Origin: Mobula hypostoma | Lineage: Eukaryota | DNA: 64,000 bases | Assembly: GCF_963921235.1 (NCBI RefSeq) | Contig: NC_086108.1 | Span: forward strand, 102,054,001-102,118,000 | Direction of reading: 5' to 3' | Shown here: piece by piece, positions 1 to 9,832 of the stretch | How the letters are laid out: each line of letters opens with the position of its first letter | Numbering within the stretch: the first letter of the stretch is position 1 | Notes under the pieces: model-generated | Told to the model about the DNA's origin: nothing | The model's database searches: none | What the model saw: the letters and a program-made list of their open reading frames with translations, nothing else | Program-made: the position numbers and the translations under genes

Positions 1-800
1 AGGAGGCAACACATTATCCTAACAACTCTTTTGCTGCTGAAGAATCTCCTATCTGTCCTCCTAACTATTGACTCCCCTATGACTATTGCTCACCCTATCC
101 TTCTGAGGCTCACAAGTGCAATTGGTCTGGCTGTTGCTGCTTTGCTCATATTGAGCATCACCCACAGCAGTATCCAAAGGGGTATAAATGTTGCTGATGG
201 GAATGGCCACGGGGACCCTGCTGGGACTTCTTTTTCCCTTCACATCTCTCAATGCTCACCCATCTACCCCTTGAATTCTACACGCTTGGTATAACCACCG
301 GCTCAAAAGTCATATTTATCAATTGCTCTGCCTCCCAGATGATCCTAAAATTATCCAACTCCAGCTCTAGCTCCTTAATATGGTCTTTCATGAGCGGGAG
401 TTGGCTGTAATTCCTGCAGGTGTAGTCATCAGGGAGACTAACATGTTCCATCAATTCTCACATTCTACAGGAGGAGCATTCCACTGCCATCTTGCCTGCA
501 ATGTACAGTGGGCAACTAAGACCAAATCTTCTAACCTGTTTCTTTGGCCCCAGTCTCTTCTCACCAAAGCCTCTTGAGTCAAAGCCTGACGCTCCCATTC
601 TCACTGCTGGCCCACTCCCAACAACGGCCGCCCCACTTGTCCCTTCTGTACTTTTATTTATTTCACAGCGCTCTGTTCCCACTGCTGATTGGGTCCCTGG
701 AACATCCAAAAGCCCGTGAAGCTCTCCTTTTATACAAGCTTTGCCGACCTGTGAGTAACCTCCTCAAAGTGCTCTGTACCCGCTGCTGATTGGGCTTCCG
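1..800 (-). mobile_element. CR1 LINE 5' remnant (5'UTR and decayed ORF1 zinc-finger/leucine-zipper region)
   Basis: Minus strand reads MAVECSSCRM (458-490) and ELELELDNFRIIWEAES, matching the CR1 ORF1 at 35745 (AVECSLCNMW...RELELDELRIILEAE). Confidence 0.65.
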
Positions 801-1294
801 GAATATAAATATAGATGTTAAATCTGATAGTTAGGAAAACAGAAATATCTATTTTGAAAAAAAACCTTAAATTTTACAGAATAATGTTCTATTTAGTTTC
901 CCATTTTAGCTTAGTTTGTTTCCCTTTCTCAGAACAGCATCACAATGGGTTTGTACATGAAAACGTCCATGGCTCATGGATGATAGAAAAATGGAGGTTG
1001 ATTAATCTCTGAGTAGGTTAAAAGATCAGCGCAACATGATGAGTCAAAGGGCCTGTATAGTTCTGTAGTATTCTCTGTACTATGTTCTATGAATCTTTCC
1101 CTTTCAGCACACCTTTTCCATGCCAACCATGAGGTCCATATTAATCTTATTTGCCTGCTTTAGGTCTGTATCTCTCTATGCTTTTCCAAGTACTTGTCCA
1201 AAAGCTTGTTGTTATATGCCTACACTACCTTCGTGGCAACTTATTCCAAATATTCACCACTCTCTGTGGATACTCACCCTATATGGCTTTGGAG

Positions 1295-1785
1295 AAGATC
1301 CAGAAGAGGTTTACTAGGATGCTGCCTGGATTAAAAGGTATGTGCTATAACAAGAGGTTGGACAAAGTTGAATTTTTTTCCTTTGGAGCCAGAAAGGCTG
1401 AAGGGAGATCTGATAGAGGTTTCTAATATTATGGGAAGCATTGACAGAGTAGAGAGTCAGCATCTTATTCCCAGGGTTGAAATGCTTAATACCAGAGGGC
1501 ATTGCATTTAAAGTGGAGGGATAAATTCAGAGAAGTTGTGAGGGACAAGTTTTTTTTTTACACAAAGAGGACTGGATGCCTGGAATGCACTGCAGGGGGT
1601 GGTGGTAGAGGCAAATATACTTGGGATTTTTAAGAGCTGTTTAGATAGGCACATGAATGTGAGGAAAATGGTAGGCAGAAAAAATTAGTTTAGTTGACTA
1701 TTTGACTACTAATGTAATTGGACTGGCACAACACTGTGGACCAAAGGACCTGTTCTGTGCTGTACTGTTCTATGTTCTGTGTTCT
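1295..1785 (+). mobile_element. CR1 LINE 3' end fragment
   Basis: ORF2 C-terminal peptide LEKIQKRFTRMLPGL followed by a CR1-type 3'UTR ending in TTCTATG-like repeats. Confidence 0.85.
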
Positions 1786-2020
1786 CTGTGTGGACCTCCC
1801 TTTACATCTCCTTTAAATTTCTTCCCTCTCATCTTAAACCTGTGCTCTTCAGTTATAGACTCCCATTGCCCTTGGGAAAAAAAGTCTGATTATATCCTAT
1901 TTCAAAATTTTGTTCCTTCTCTATCAGCCTCTTATTTTTCAGGTAGAATATACCAAGCTTATCCAACCTCTCCTTATAACTACAGCCCTTCATTTCAAGA
2001 ATCATCATGGTGAATCACTT

Positions 2021-2823
2021 ACACACATCAAAGTTGCTGGTGAACACAGCAGGCCAGGCAGCATCTTTAGGAAGAGGTACAGTCGACGTTTCAGGCCGAG
2101 ACCCTTCGTCAGGACTAACTGAATGAAGAGCTAGCAAGAGATTTGAAAGTGGGAGGGGGAGGGGGAGATCCAAAATGATGGGAGACGACAGGAGGGGGAG
2201 GGTTGGAGCCAGGAGCTGTACAGGTGATTGGCAAAGGGGATACGAGAGGATCATGGGACAGGAGGCCTAGGGAGAAGGAAAAGGGGGAGGGGGGAAAGAA
2301 ACCCAGAGGATGGGCAAGGGGTATAGTCAGAGGGACAGAGGGAGAAAAAGGAGAGTGAGAGAAAGAATGTGTGTATAAAAATAAATAACAGATGGGGTAC
2401 GAGGGGGAGGTGGGGCATTAGCGGAAGTTAGAGAAGTCAATGTTCATGCCATCAGGTTGGAGGCTATCCAGACAGAATATAAGGTGTTGTTCCTCCAACC
2501 TGAGTGTGGCTTCATCTTTACAGTAGAGGAGGCCGTGGATAGACGTATCAGAATGGGAATGGGATGCGGAATTAAAATGTGTGGCCGCTGGGAGATCCTG
2601 CTTTCTCTGGCGGACAGAGCGTAGGTGTTCAGCAAAACGATCTCCCAGCCTGCGTCAGGTCTCGCCAATATATAGAAGGCCACATCGGGAGCACCGGACT
2701 CAGTATATCACTCCAACCGACTCACAGGTGAAGTGTTGGCTCACCTGGAGGGACTGTATGGGGCCCTGAATGGTGGTAAGGGAGGAAGTGTAAGGGCATG
2801 TGTAGCCCTTGTTCCACTTACAC
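2021..2823 (-). mobile_element. Penelope-like element 3' portion (GIY-YIG end and pseudo-LTR)
   Basis: Close reverse-complement match to ~30020-30806; carries the hammerhead motif at 2081-2116. Confidence 0.9.
2081..2116 (-). ncRNA. Minimal type I hammerhead ribozyme motif in Penelope pLTR
   Basis: Minus strand AGTC-CTGACGA-AGGGTCTCGGCCT-GAAA-CGTC-GACT: CUGANGA and GAAA core, AGTC/GACT stem I, GUC cleavage triplet, palindromic ACGT stem III. Confidence 0.75.
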
Positions 2824-3029
2824 TTTTCCAGTTAAGTTTTTAATCATTGCTGATCCACAAAATGTTGATGTTGGGGGACTTTATGATGACAATGTAATGT
2901 AATTGAATGTAAATGTAATTGCTTTGCAATCACTTTGTATGAATCGAGGTGTGAACTGTTGTGGAGATGCCGGGGTAAAGACGTTAGGACTGCATTGTAA
3001 GTAGCTGATAGGTGATGTCAGCCCAACAG

Positions 3030-3370
3030 ACAGAGGTAAGGAGCAAAGCAGATGGGAAAACATAGTTGTCCCATATGTAGCTGGAGTTTCAGAGAAACTC
3101 AGAAGGATTTTCAACAAACACCAAATCCCTGTGTTTTTCAAACCCCTAACACACTCAGACAGAAACTCATTCACCCCAAGGATCCTACACCCAAACATAA
3201 ACAGAGCAATATTGTATATGCTATCCAATGCAATGAGAACTGCAGAGATCTGTATATCAGTGAGACAAAGCTTCACAAACAGATAGCCTAACGTAGGAAG
3301 ACTAACACCTCAGGTCAAATCCTGGCTGTATATCTGCACCGAAAGGACAAGAGACACTCCTTTAATGATA
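3030..3370 (+). mobile_element. Penelope-like element of a second family, RT C-terminus/GIY-YIG fragment (frameshifted)
   Basis: Reads PYVAGVSEKLRRIFNKHQIPVFFKP / NTLRQKLIHPKDPTPKHKQSNIVYAIQCNENCRDLYISETK, a GIY-YIG signature. Confidence 0.8.
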
Positions 3371-3566
3371 ACTATTATAGTTATTACTTAACCTTGGTAC
3401 AGTATGAACGTTTCTTTCCCTTTATCAGCCCAAGACTAAATGCTCTCCAAATCTTGCTACATGTGGAGATAGACTGCTTTTTATCTAAGCAGACACGTTA
3501 TTCTGATTACTGACCAATCCTCGCTGAATATTTCTATTAATGACATTTCCTCCTCTTCCTCCATGA

Positions 3567-4250
3567 ATCGCTAAAGGTTGGTTTGCAGGTGCAGCAGGCT
3601 ATCAAGAAGGCAAATGGAATGTTGGCCTTCATTGCTCAAGGGATGGAATTTAAGGGCAGGGAGATTATGCTGCAACTGTACAGAGTATTGGTGAGGCCAC
3701 ATCTGGAGTACTGTGTGCAGTTCTGGTCTTACTTGAGGAACGATATACTGGCTTTGGAGGCAATGCAGAGAAAGTTCACCAGGTTGATTCCAGAGATGAG
3801 GGGATTAGACAATAAGGAGAGATTGAGTCACCTGGGACTGTACTCGCTGAAATTCAGAATAATGAGAGGAGATCTTATAGAAACACATAAAATTATTAAA
3901 AGGATAAATAAGATAGAGGCAGGAAAGTTGTTTCCACCGATAAATGAGACTAGAACTAGGGGATATAGCCGCAAAATTTGGGGGAGTAGATTTAGGACGA
4001 TGAAGAGGAACTGCTTTTCCAGGAGAGTAGTGAATCTGTGGAATTCTCTACTCAATGAAGCAGTGGAGGCTACCTCAGTACGTATATTAAAGACAAGGTT
4101 GGATAGATTTTTGCACAGTAGGGGAATTAAGAGTTATGGGGAAAAGGCAGGTAGGTGGAGCTGAGTCCATGGTCAGACTGGCCATGATCTTATTGAATGG
4201 CCGAGCAGGCTCATCGGGGCAGATGGCCTGCTCCTGCTCCTATTTCTTAG
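3567..4250 (+). mobile_element. CR1 LINE 3' fragment (ORF2 C-terminus, 193-aa ORF 3583-4164)
   Basis: VRPHLEYCVQFW and RGDLIET motifs plus 3'UTR. Confidence 0.9.
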
Positions 4251-5418
4251 GTTAAGTTTTAGAGTTTTAGATGGTATTTGAGCTATGGCTAGCCACACAA
4301 TCATGGGTATATAAAGAGTAGAGCAGTGGGCTAAGCACACACCCCTGAGGTGCACCAGTGTTGATCGTCAGTGAGGAGGAGATTTTATCATCAATCCACA
4401 CAGATTGTGGTTTTCTGGTTAGGAAGTTAAGGATCCAATTTTAGAGGAAGGTACAGAGGCCTGGGTACTGTAGGAATGATGGTTTTAAACACTGAGCTAT
4501 AGTCAACGAACAGCAGCCTGACATGGGTGTTTGTATTGTCCAGACAATCTAAGGCCATGTGAACATCCATCGAGATTGCGCCTACCATTGACTTATTGTA
4601 GCGAAAGGCAAATTGCAGTGGGTCCAGCTCCTTGCTGAGGCAGGTGTTCAGTCTAGTCATGACCAACCTCTCAAAGCATTTCATCACTGCAGATGTAAGT
4701 GCTACTGGGTAATAGTCATTAAGGCAGCTCACACTACTCCTCTTCGGCACTGGTACAATTGTTGACTTTTTGAAGCAGGAGGGAAATTCTGACCATCACA
4801 GAAACAGGTTGAAAATGTCCTTGAATCCTCCTGCCAGTTGGTTGGCACAAGTTTTCAGAGCCTTACCAGGTACTCCATCAGGGCCTGCTCTCTTGCTTAA
4901 GGTTCACCCTCCTTAAAGACAGCCTAACATCAGCCTCTGAGACAGAAATCACAGGGTCACCAGGTGCAGCAGGGATCTTCACAGCTGTAGTTATATTCTC
5001 TCTCTCAAAGCAGATAGAGAAGGGTTGAGCTCATCTTGTAATGATACATTGCTGCCATCCATACAATTGGATTTCACTTTGTAGGAAGTAATGCTTGCAA
5101 AGCCTGCCAGAGTTGACATGCATCTGATGTCACCTCCAATCTCACTCGAAATTGTCTCTTCACTCTTGAAATAGCCCTTCACAAGTTATACAGTGGCATG
5201 CAAAAGTTTGGGCACCCCTGGTCAAAATTTCTGTTACTGTGAATAGCTAAGCGAGTAAAACATGAACTGATTTCCAAAAGGCATAAAGTTAAAGATGTCA
5301 CATTTCTGTAATAGTTTAAGAAAGAAAACTTTTTTATTTCCATCTTTTACAGTTTCAAAATAACAAAAAAGGAAAAGGGCCCAAAGCAAAAGTTTGGGCA
5401 CCCTGCATGGCAGTACTT

Positions 5419-5550
5419 GTTTCTATGAGGTGTATGGAGGGATATGGTCCGTGTGCAGGTCAGTGGGACTAGGCAGAAAATGGTTCGGCACAGCCAAGAA
5501 AGACCAAAAGGCCTGTTTCTGTGCTGTAGCTTTTCTATGGTTTCTATGGT
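5419..5550 (+). mobile_element. CR1 3' tail inserted in the left arm of the Tc1
   Basis: Ends TTCTATGGTTTCTATGG; absent from the right arm; TACTT on both sides. Confidence 0.75.
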
Positions 5551-6160
5551 TACTTAGTAACACCCCCTTTGGCAAGTATCACAGCTTGTAAACGCTTTTT
5601 GTAGCCAGCTAAGAGTCTTCCAATTCTTGTTTGGGGGATTTTTGCCCATTCTTCCATGCAAAAGGCTTTTAGTTCTGTGAGATTCTTGGGCCGTCTTGCA
5701 TGCACTGCTCTTTTGAGGTCTATCCACAGATTCTCGATGATGTTTAGGTCAGGAGACTGTGAGGGCCATGGCAAAACCTCCAGCTTGCACCTCTTGAGGT
5801 AGTCCATTGTGGATTTTGAGGTGTGTTTAGGATCATTATCCTGTTGTAGAAGCCATCCTCCTTTCATCTTTGGCTTTTTTACAGATGGTGTGATGTTTGC
5901 TTCCAGAATTTGCTGGTGTTTAATTGAATTCATTCTTCCCTCTACATGTTCCCTGTGCCACTGGCTGCAACACAAGCCCAAAGCATGATCGATCCACCCC
6001 CGTGCTTAACAGTTGGAGAGATGTTCTTTTCATGAAATTCTGCACCCTTTTTCCTCCAAACATACCTTTGCTCATTACGGCCAAAAAGTTCTATTTTAAC
6101 TTCATCAGTCCACAGGACTTGTTTCCAAAATGCATCAGGCTTGTTTAGATGTTCCTTTGA
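5550..6160 (-). pseudogene. Tc1 transposase catalytic DD34E domain, frameshifted, N-terminus missing
   Basis: VLWTDEVK, QQDNDPKH, WPSQSPDLNIIENLW motifs. Confidence 0.9.
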
Positions 6161-6193
6161 ACCTTTTGAATAGAACGTTTTGGCCGCAAAATA

Positions 6194-6604
6194 GTGGGGA
6201 GGATCGATCATGCTTTGGGCTTGTGTTGCAGCCAGTGGCACGGGGAACATTTACTGGTAGAGGGAAGAATGAATTCAATTAAATACCAGCAAATTCTGGA
6301 AGCAAACATCACACCGTCTGTAAAAAAGCCGAAGATGAAAAGAGGATGGCTTCTACAACAGGATAATGAACCTAAACACACCTCAAGATCCACAATGGGC
6401 TACCTCAAGAGGTGCAAGCTGAAGGTTTTCCCATGGCCCTCACAGTCTCCTGACCTAAACATCATGTGGATAGACCTCAAAAGAGCAGTGCATGCAAGAC
6501 GGCCCAAGAATCTCACAGAACTAGAAGCCTTTTGCAAGGAAGAATGGGCAGAAATCCCTCAAACAAGAACTGAAAGACTCTTAGGGGGCTACAAAAAGCA
6601 TTGA
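6194..6604 (+). pseudogene. Tc1 transposase C-terminal half (inverted second copy)
   Basis: QQDNEPKH and WPSQSPDLNI motifs; inverted near-copy of 5550-6000. Confidence 0.9.
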
Positions 6605-6918
6605 CAAACTGTGATAAGTACTGCTATGCAGGGTGCCCAAACTTTTGCTTCTAGCCCTTATCCTTCTTTGTTATTTTGAAACTGTAAAAAATGGAAATAA
6701 AAAAGTTTTCTTGCTTAAAATATTAAAGAAATGTGTCATGTTTAACTTTATGCCTTTTGGAAATCAGTTCATCTTCCACTCACCTAACTATTCAAAGTAA
6801 CAGAAATTTTGACCGGGGTGCCCAAACTTTTACATACCACTATACCTGGATTTCTTGTACAGACTTGGGTCACTAGACCTAAAATCACAGATCTAACCCT
6901 CAGCAGCTAACATACCTC

Positions 6919-7615
6919 TGTTAACGGTGATCAACCTGATGTAATGAAACAAGTACCACAGTTGATTCTTTTCCACCTTTATTAGTAGCAAGCTACGAGA
7001 GAGAACCTTCCTTCTGCACTCACAGAGAGTCAGCCACGGAAGTCTCTCAGTCCAAGAATAGCGATACAAAGTTTTTTATATCACCTTTGTCACGAAAGCC
7101 TAGCAACAGTGGTAGTCCAAGACAAAGGCCACTTAATCACCTAAAACAGAGGTAAACGTACTTGACAAAGAATACTTAATCACAACAGGCAGAGGTAAAC
7201 AGAGAACAGAGTATAATTAATTCTCACATCCTGCATGTCCTTGTCTGGACGCTCAGCATTTACATGTTAGCAGGACAGATTGATCCTTTAACATCTCAAT
7301 GCAAAGGGAACAGTCAGATCAATAGATATTCCGGCTACTCAAATAGAGCAGAATTTAATAATTTAGATAAGAGACTCTACCGAAATTAGGAAAGGAATGT
7401 AAGGAAGGTCCTGCCTTATCTCCACCCTTTGTCGAAACCAAAAGGTGTGAAAAGCCATGAGACATCCTCTTGTGGGTCTGTGTGAGCTTTTAATCCTTAT
7501 CTCACCCCAAAGAGTGGTTGTTCAGATATGCTGCATCTATTCTCAAACCAGAATACACAGACTCAACCTTTACCGTTATTTACAGGAATCTGAGAATCCC
7601 CTTAAAACCTTATCA
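6919..7615 (-). repeat. ERV 3' LTR
   Basis: TG...CA termini; direct repeat of 14165-14849; minus-strand TATAAAAA (~7073-7080) and AATAAA (6978-6983). Confidence 0.93.
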
Positions 7616-7627
7616 TTCCCTCCTTTT
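7616..7627 (-). promoter_or_regulatory. ERV polypurine tract
   Basis: Minus strand AAAAGGAGGGAA immediately before the TG of the 3' LTR. Confidence 0.9.
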
Positions 7628-7865
7628 ATTACTCCATGATGACCTAAAGTAATCCATCACATTTACAACAAGCTATAAGAAGGGGACTAACATATCTTAT
7701 AAGAATTACTATGGTTATAATTAAAACTATTATCATAGCTACAAGCAGAAGCATTCACTAGAAGTCTTCAAAAATGTTAAAATGCCAGGGCCAGGTGCCC
7801 TTACCATCGGTAAACCCATGCATCTTTTCTCCAATTCCCTTAATTTTCTGGATCTCCTGAGTGAT

Positions 7866-8882
7866 TGTCATGGTCCAGTCCGTGAAGTCCGCATTCCGGT
7901 TCACGGTCCGGTCCATCTACCCTTGCTCCAGGTTTTCCTGTCTACCCTGTTTCTGTTCCTGTTGAGCACTAATTGAGGCAGCTGAGTCTCGTTGGGGCTG
8001 GCTGCATAAATACCTCCAGAGACCAGGGCGTGGCTGCTGGATTGTTCTTGTCCTTACTCCTTGTATCCCTTCCCCTGCCTTCTGTTTCATCCCCTGAAGC
8101 CCTGCTTTGGCTTCCTGGTAACTCTCGCCTCACTTCACTTATCTTGGAGCCACCCTGTACCTAGCTCCCTTCCTGTCCCATGCCTCCGCCAGGTAAGTCA
8201 GACTGTCTTGTCATTACCCTGCTGTTGGTTCTGTCCCTTCCTGTCCCGTGCCTCGGTCAGGTAAGCCAGGCCGTCTTGCCGTTATCCTGTGGTTGGCTCT
8301 GTCCCTTCCTGTCCCTTGCCTCCGCTGGGTGGAGATCCCTGCCCTGCCCAGGAGGAGCTTCAAGACCCCAAGCCTCGAGCCTTGCCCCAAGCCTCAAGTC
8401 TCTGGTCCCCAGCCTCGCCTCAAGTCTCTGGTCCCCAGCCTCACCTCAAGTCTCTGGACCCCAGCCTTGCCTCAAGTCTCTGGTCCTCAGCCTCGCCTCA
8501 AGTCTCTGGTCCCCAGGCTAGACTCAAGTCTCTGGTCCTCAGCCTCGCCTCAAGTCTCTGGTCCCCAGCTTAGACTCAAGTCTCTGGTCTCCAGCCTCAC
8601 CTCAAGTCTGAAGACTCCAGCCTCGTCCTGCCTGCCAGCCAAGTCTCGTCCTTGCCTAGTTATGAGGTCTGAGCCAGAGGCAAGATCCGAGGTTCTGGGT
8701 CCTTGTCCAGTCTCTGGCTCGGAGTCCAAGCCCGGGCTCCTAGCTCTCTTGTCCAGTCCTGTTCCAGGTTCCTGGTTTTGCTGTCCATGTCCTAGCCCTC
8801 ACCCTGTATCCTAGTCCTGTCCCTAGTACTTCAGTGTCTGTGTCTTGCACTTGGGTCTGTTCCCAGCCACCACCATATGACA
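7866..8882 (+). mobile_element. Solo LTR (probably Gypsy-type) inserted in env
   Basis: TGTCAT...ATGACA termini; perfect 5-bp TSD GTGAT (7861-7865, 8883-8887); homologous to 20998-22177; strand tentative. Confidence 0.88.
8392..8625 (+). repeat. 26-bp minisatellite, about 9 copies, inside the solo LTR
   Basis: Unit CCTCAAGTCTCTGGTCCCCAGCCTCG repeated head to tail. Confidence 0.92.
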
Positions 8883-9832
8883 GTGATATGCTGAGATAGA
8901 TCTATAATATTAGAAGCCTCATCTGGAATATAAGTACAGCATTCCTTTCCTATGACTGCACATGTCCCTCCTTTCTCTGATAGCAGTAAATCCAATGCCA
9001 TCCTATTCTGTAAAACTACCATCCTCAGAGCTACTATTTCAGTAGTTAAATCCTTAATCTGGGTCTGGACATCAGTTAAAATGTCAGCAGTACTATTCGC
9101 CAACTCCTCCAGTGCGGCTGCCAACTTGATTACTTCTCGCGAATTTCAGGCTGTCCCATAGAAAGGAAAAGCTATCATCCAAAATCTTTTGCTTTCTGTA
9201 ATTCCTCTCCTATTCCGTTCTAGCTGAGTATGATGAGAAATGTTGGCTAATGAATATATAGAGGGTACTACGTAAGCTAAGTAGCAACATCCCGTTCCCT
9301 TGTCATCATAAGGCCCTGAGAGCCATGGATATGCCTTCTTACCATATACCCATTGACAGAGTACAGAGGGGGATCAGTCCTAATATCTGTACAAGAGCTA
9401 TTTCCCAAAAACGTTTCCTCTATTCCTCCAGTACAGCAATAATAGGTCCTATTTACCTTCTTCAGGGTATGGACAAGTTCTATAGAAGGTCTCTCAACCA
9501 TTTCTGTAGGTAGACACCAATGCCATCCCTTAAAACAGAGGCACCCACAATTCTGGGTTGTTTTACATCCTGATATCCACCATCGATCCAAAAATGGGTC
9601 TGAGGATTTACTCAAAGAATTTATAAACCTCACAGATAACATCTCACTACTATTCAAAGGTATTCCTTCCAAGGGCATTCCTGACTCTGCACGCTGGGGT
9701 AACCTGGCACATGCCCAACAAGCCGACGGCCTTATTTGTTCTGCATATGTGTGGCATAGAGAAGGGAAGGTATTTGTTTGGAGACTTGGGGTACATCATA
9801 CAAATAGTAACATTAGCACAGTCGTCATGATA

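Larger units (their letters stand above)
5191..6842. mobile_element. Tc1 (IR/DR type) DNA transposon, fold-back derivative made of two transposase 3' halves
   Basis: TIR CAGTGGCATGCAAAAGTTTGGGCACCCC at 5191 and its complement ending 6842; TA at 5189-5190 and 6843-6844; internal direct repeat AAAGTTTGGGCACCC near 5389. Confidence 0.92.
7628..9828 (-). pseudogene. env: Gamma-type envelope glycoprotein, with stops and interrupted by a solo LTR
   Basis: Signal peptide MTTVLMLLFV, SU CWAC (9709-9720), furin site RNRR, ISD LQNRMALDLLL, CX6CC (CAVIGKECC), hydrophobic TM segment at ~7690-7760. Confidence 0.93.

Noticed and set aside
2016..2823. CACTTACAC at both ends as a 9-bp TSD of the Penelope fragment
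   Set aside because: The right-hand copy is largely element-derived (compare 30020-30035), so microhomology is as likely as a TSD
8392..8625. Possible CRISPR-like array
   Set aside because: Head-to-tail repeats with no unique spacers, no cas genes, eukaryotic context
8180..8814. Pro/Ser-rich ORFs of 94-188 aa
   Set aside because: Produced by the stop-free 26-bp tandem repeat inside the solo LTR; open in several frames
7628..9828. Domesticated syncytin-like env
   Set aside because: In-frame stops in the signal region, just after the fusion peptide and before the TM anchor, plus a 1-kb LTR insertion
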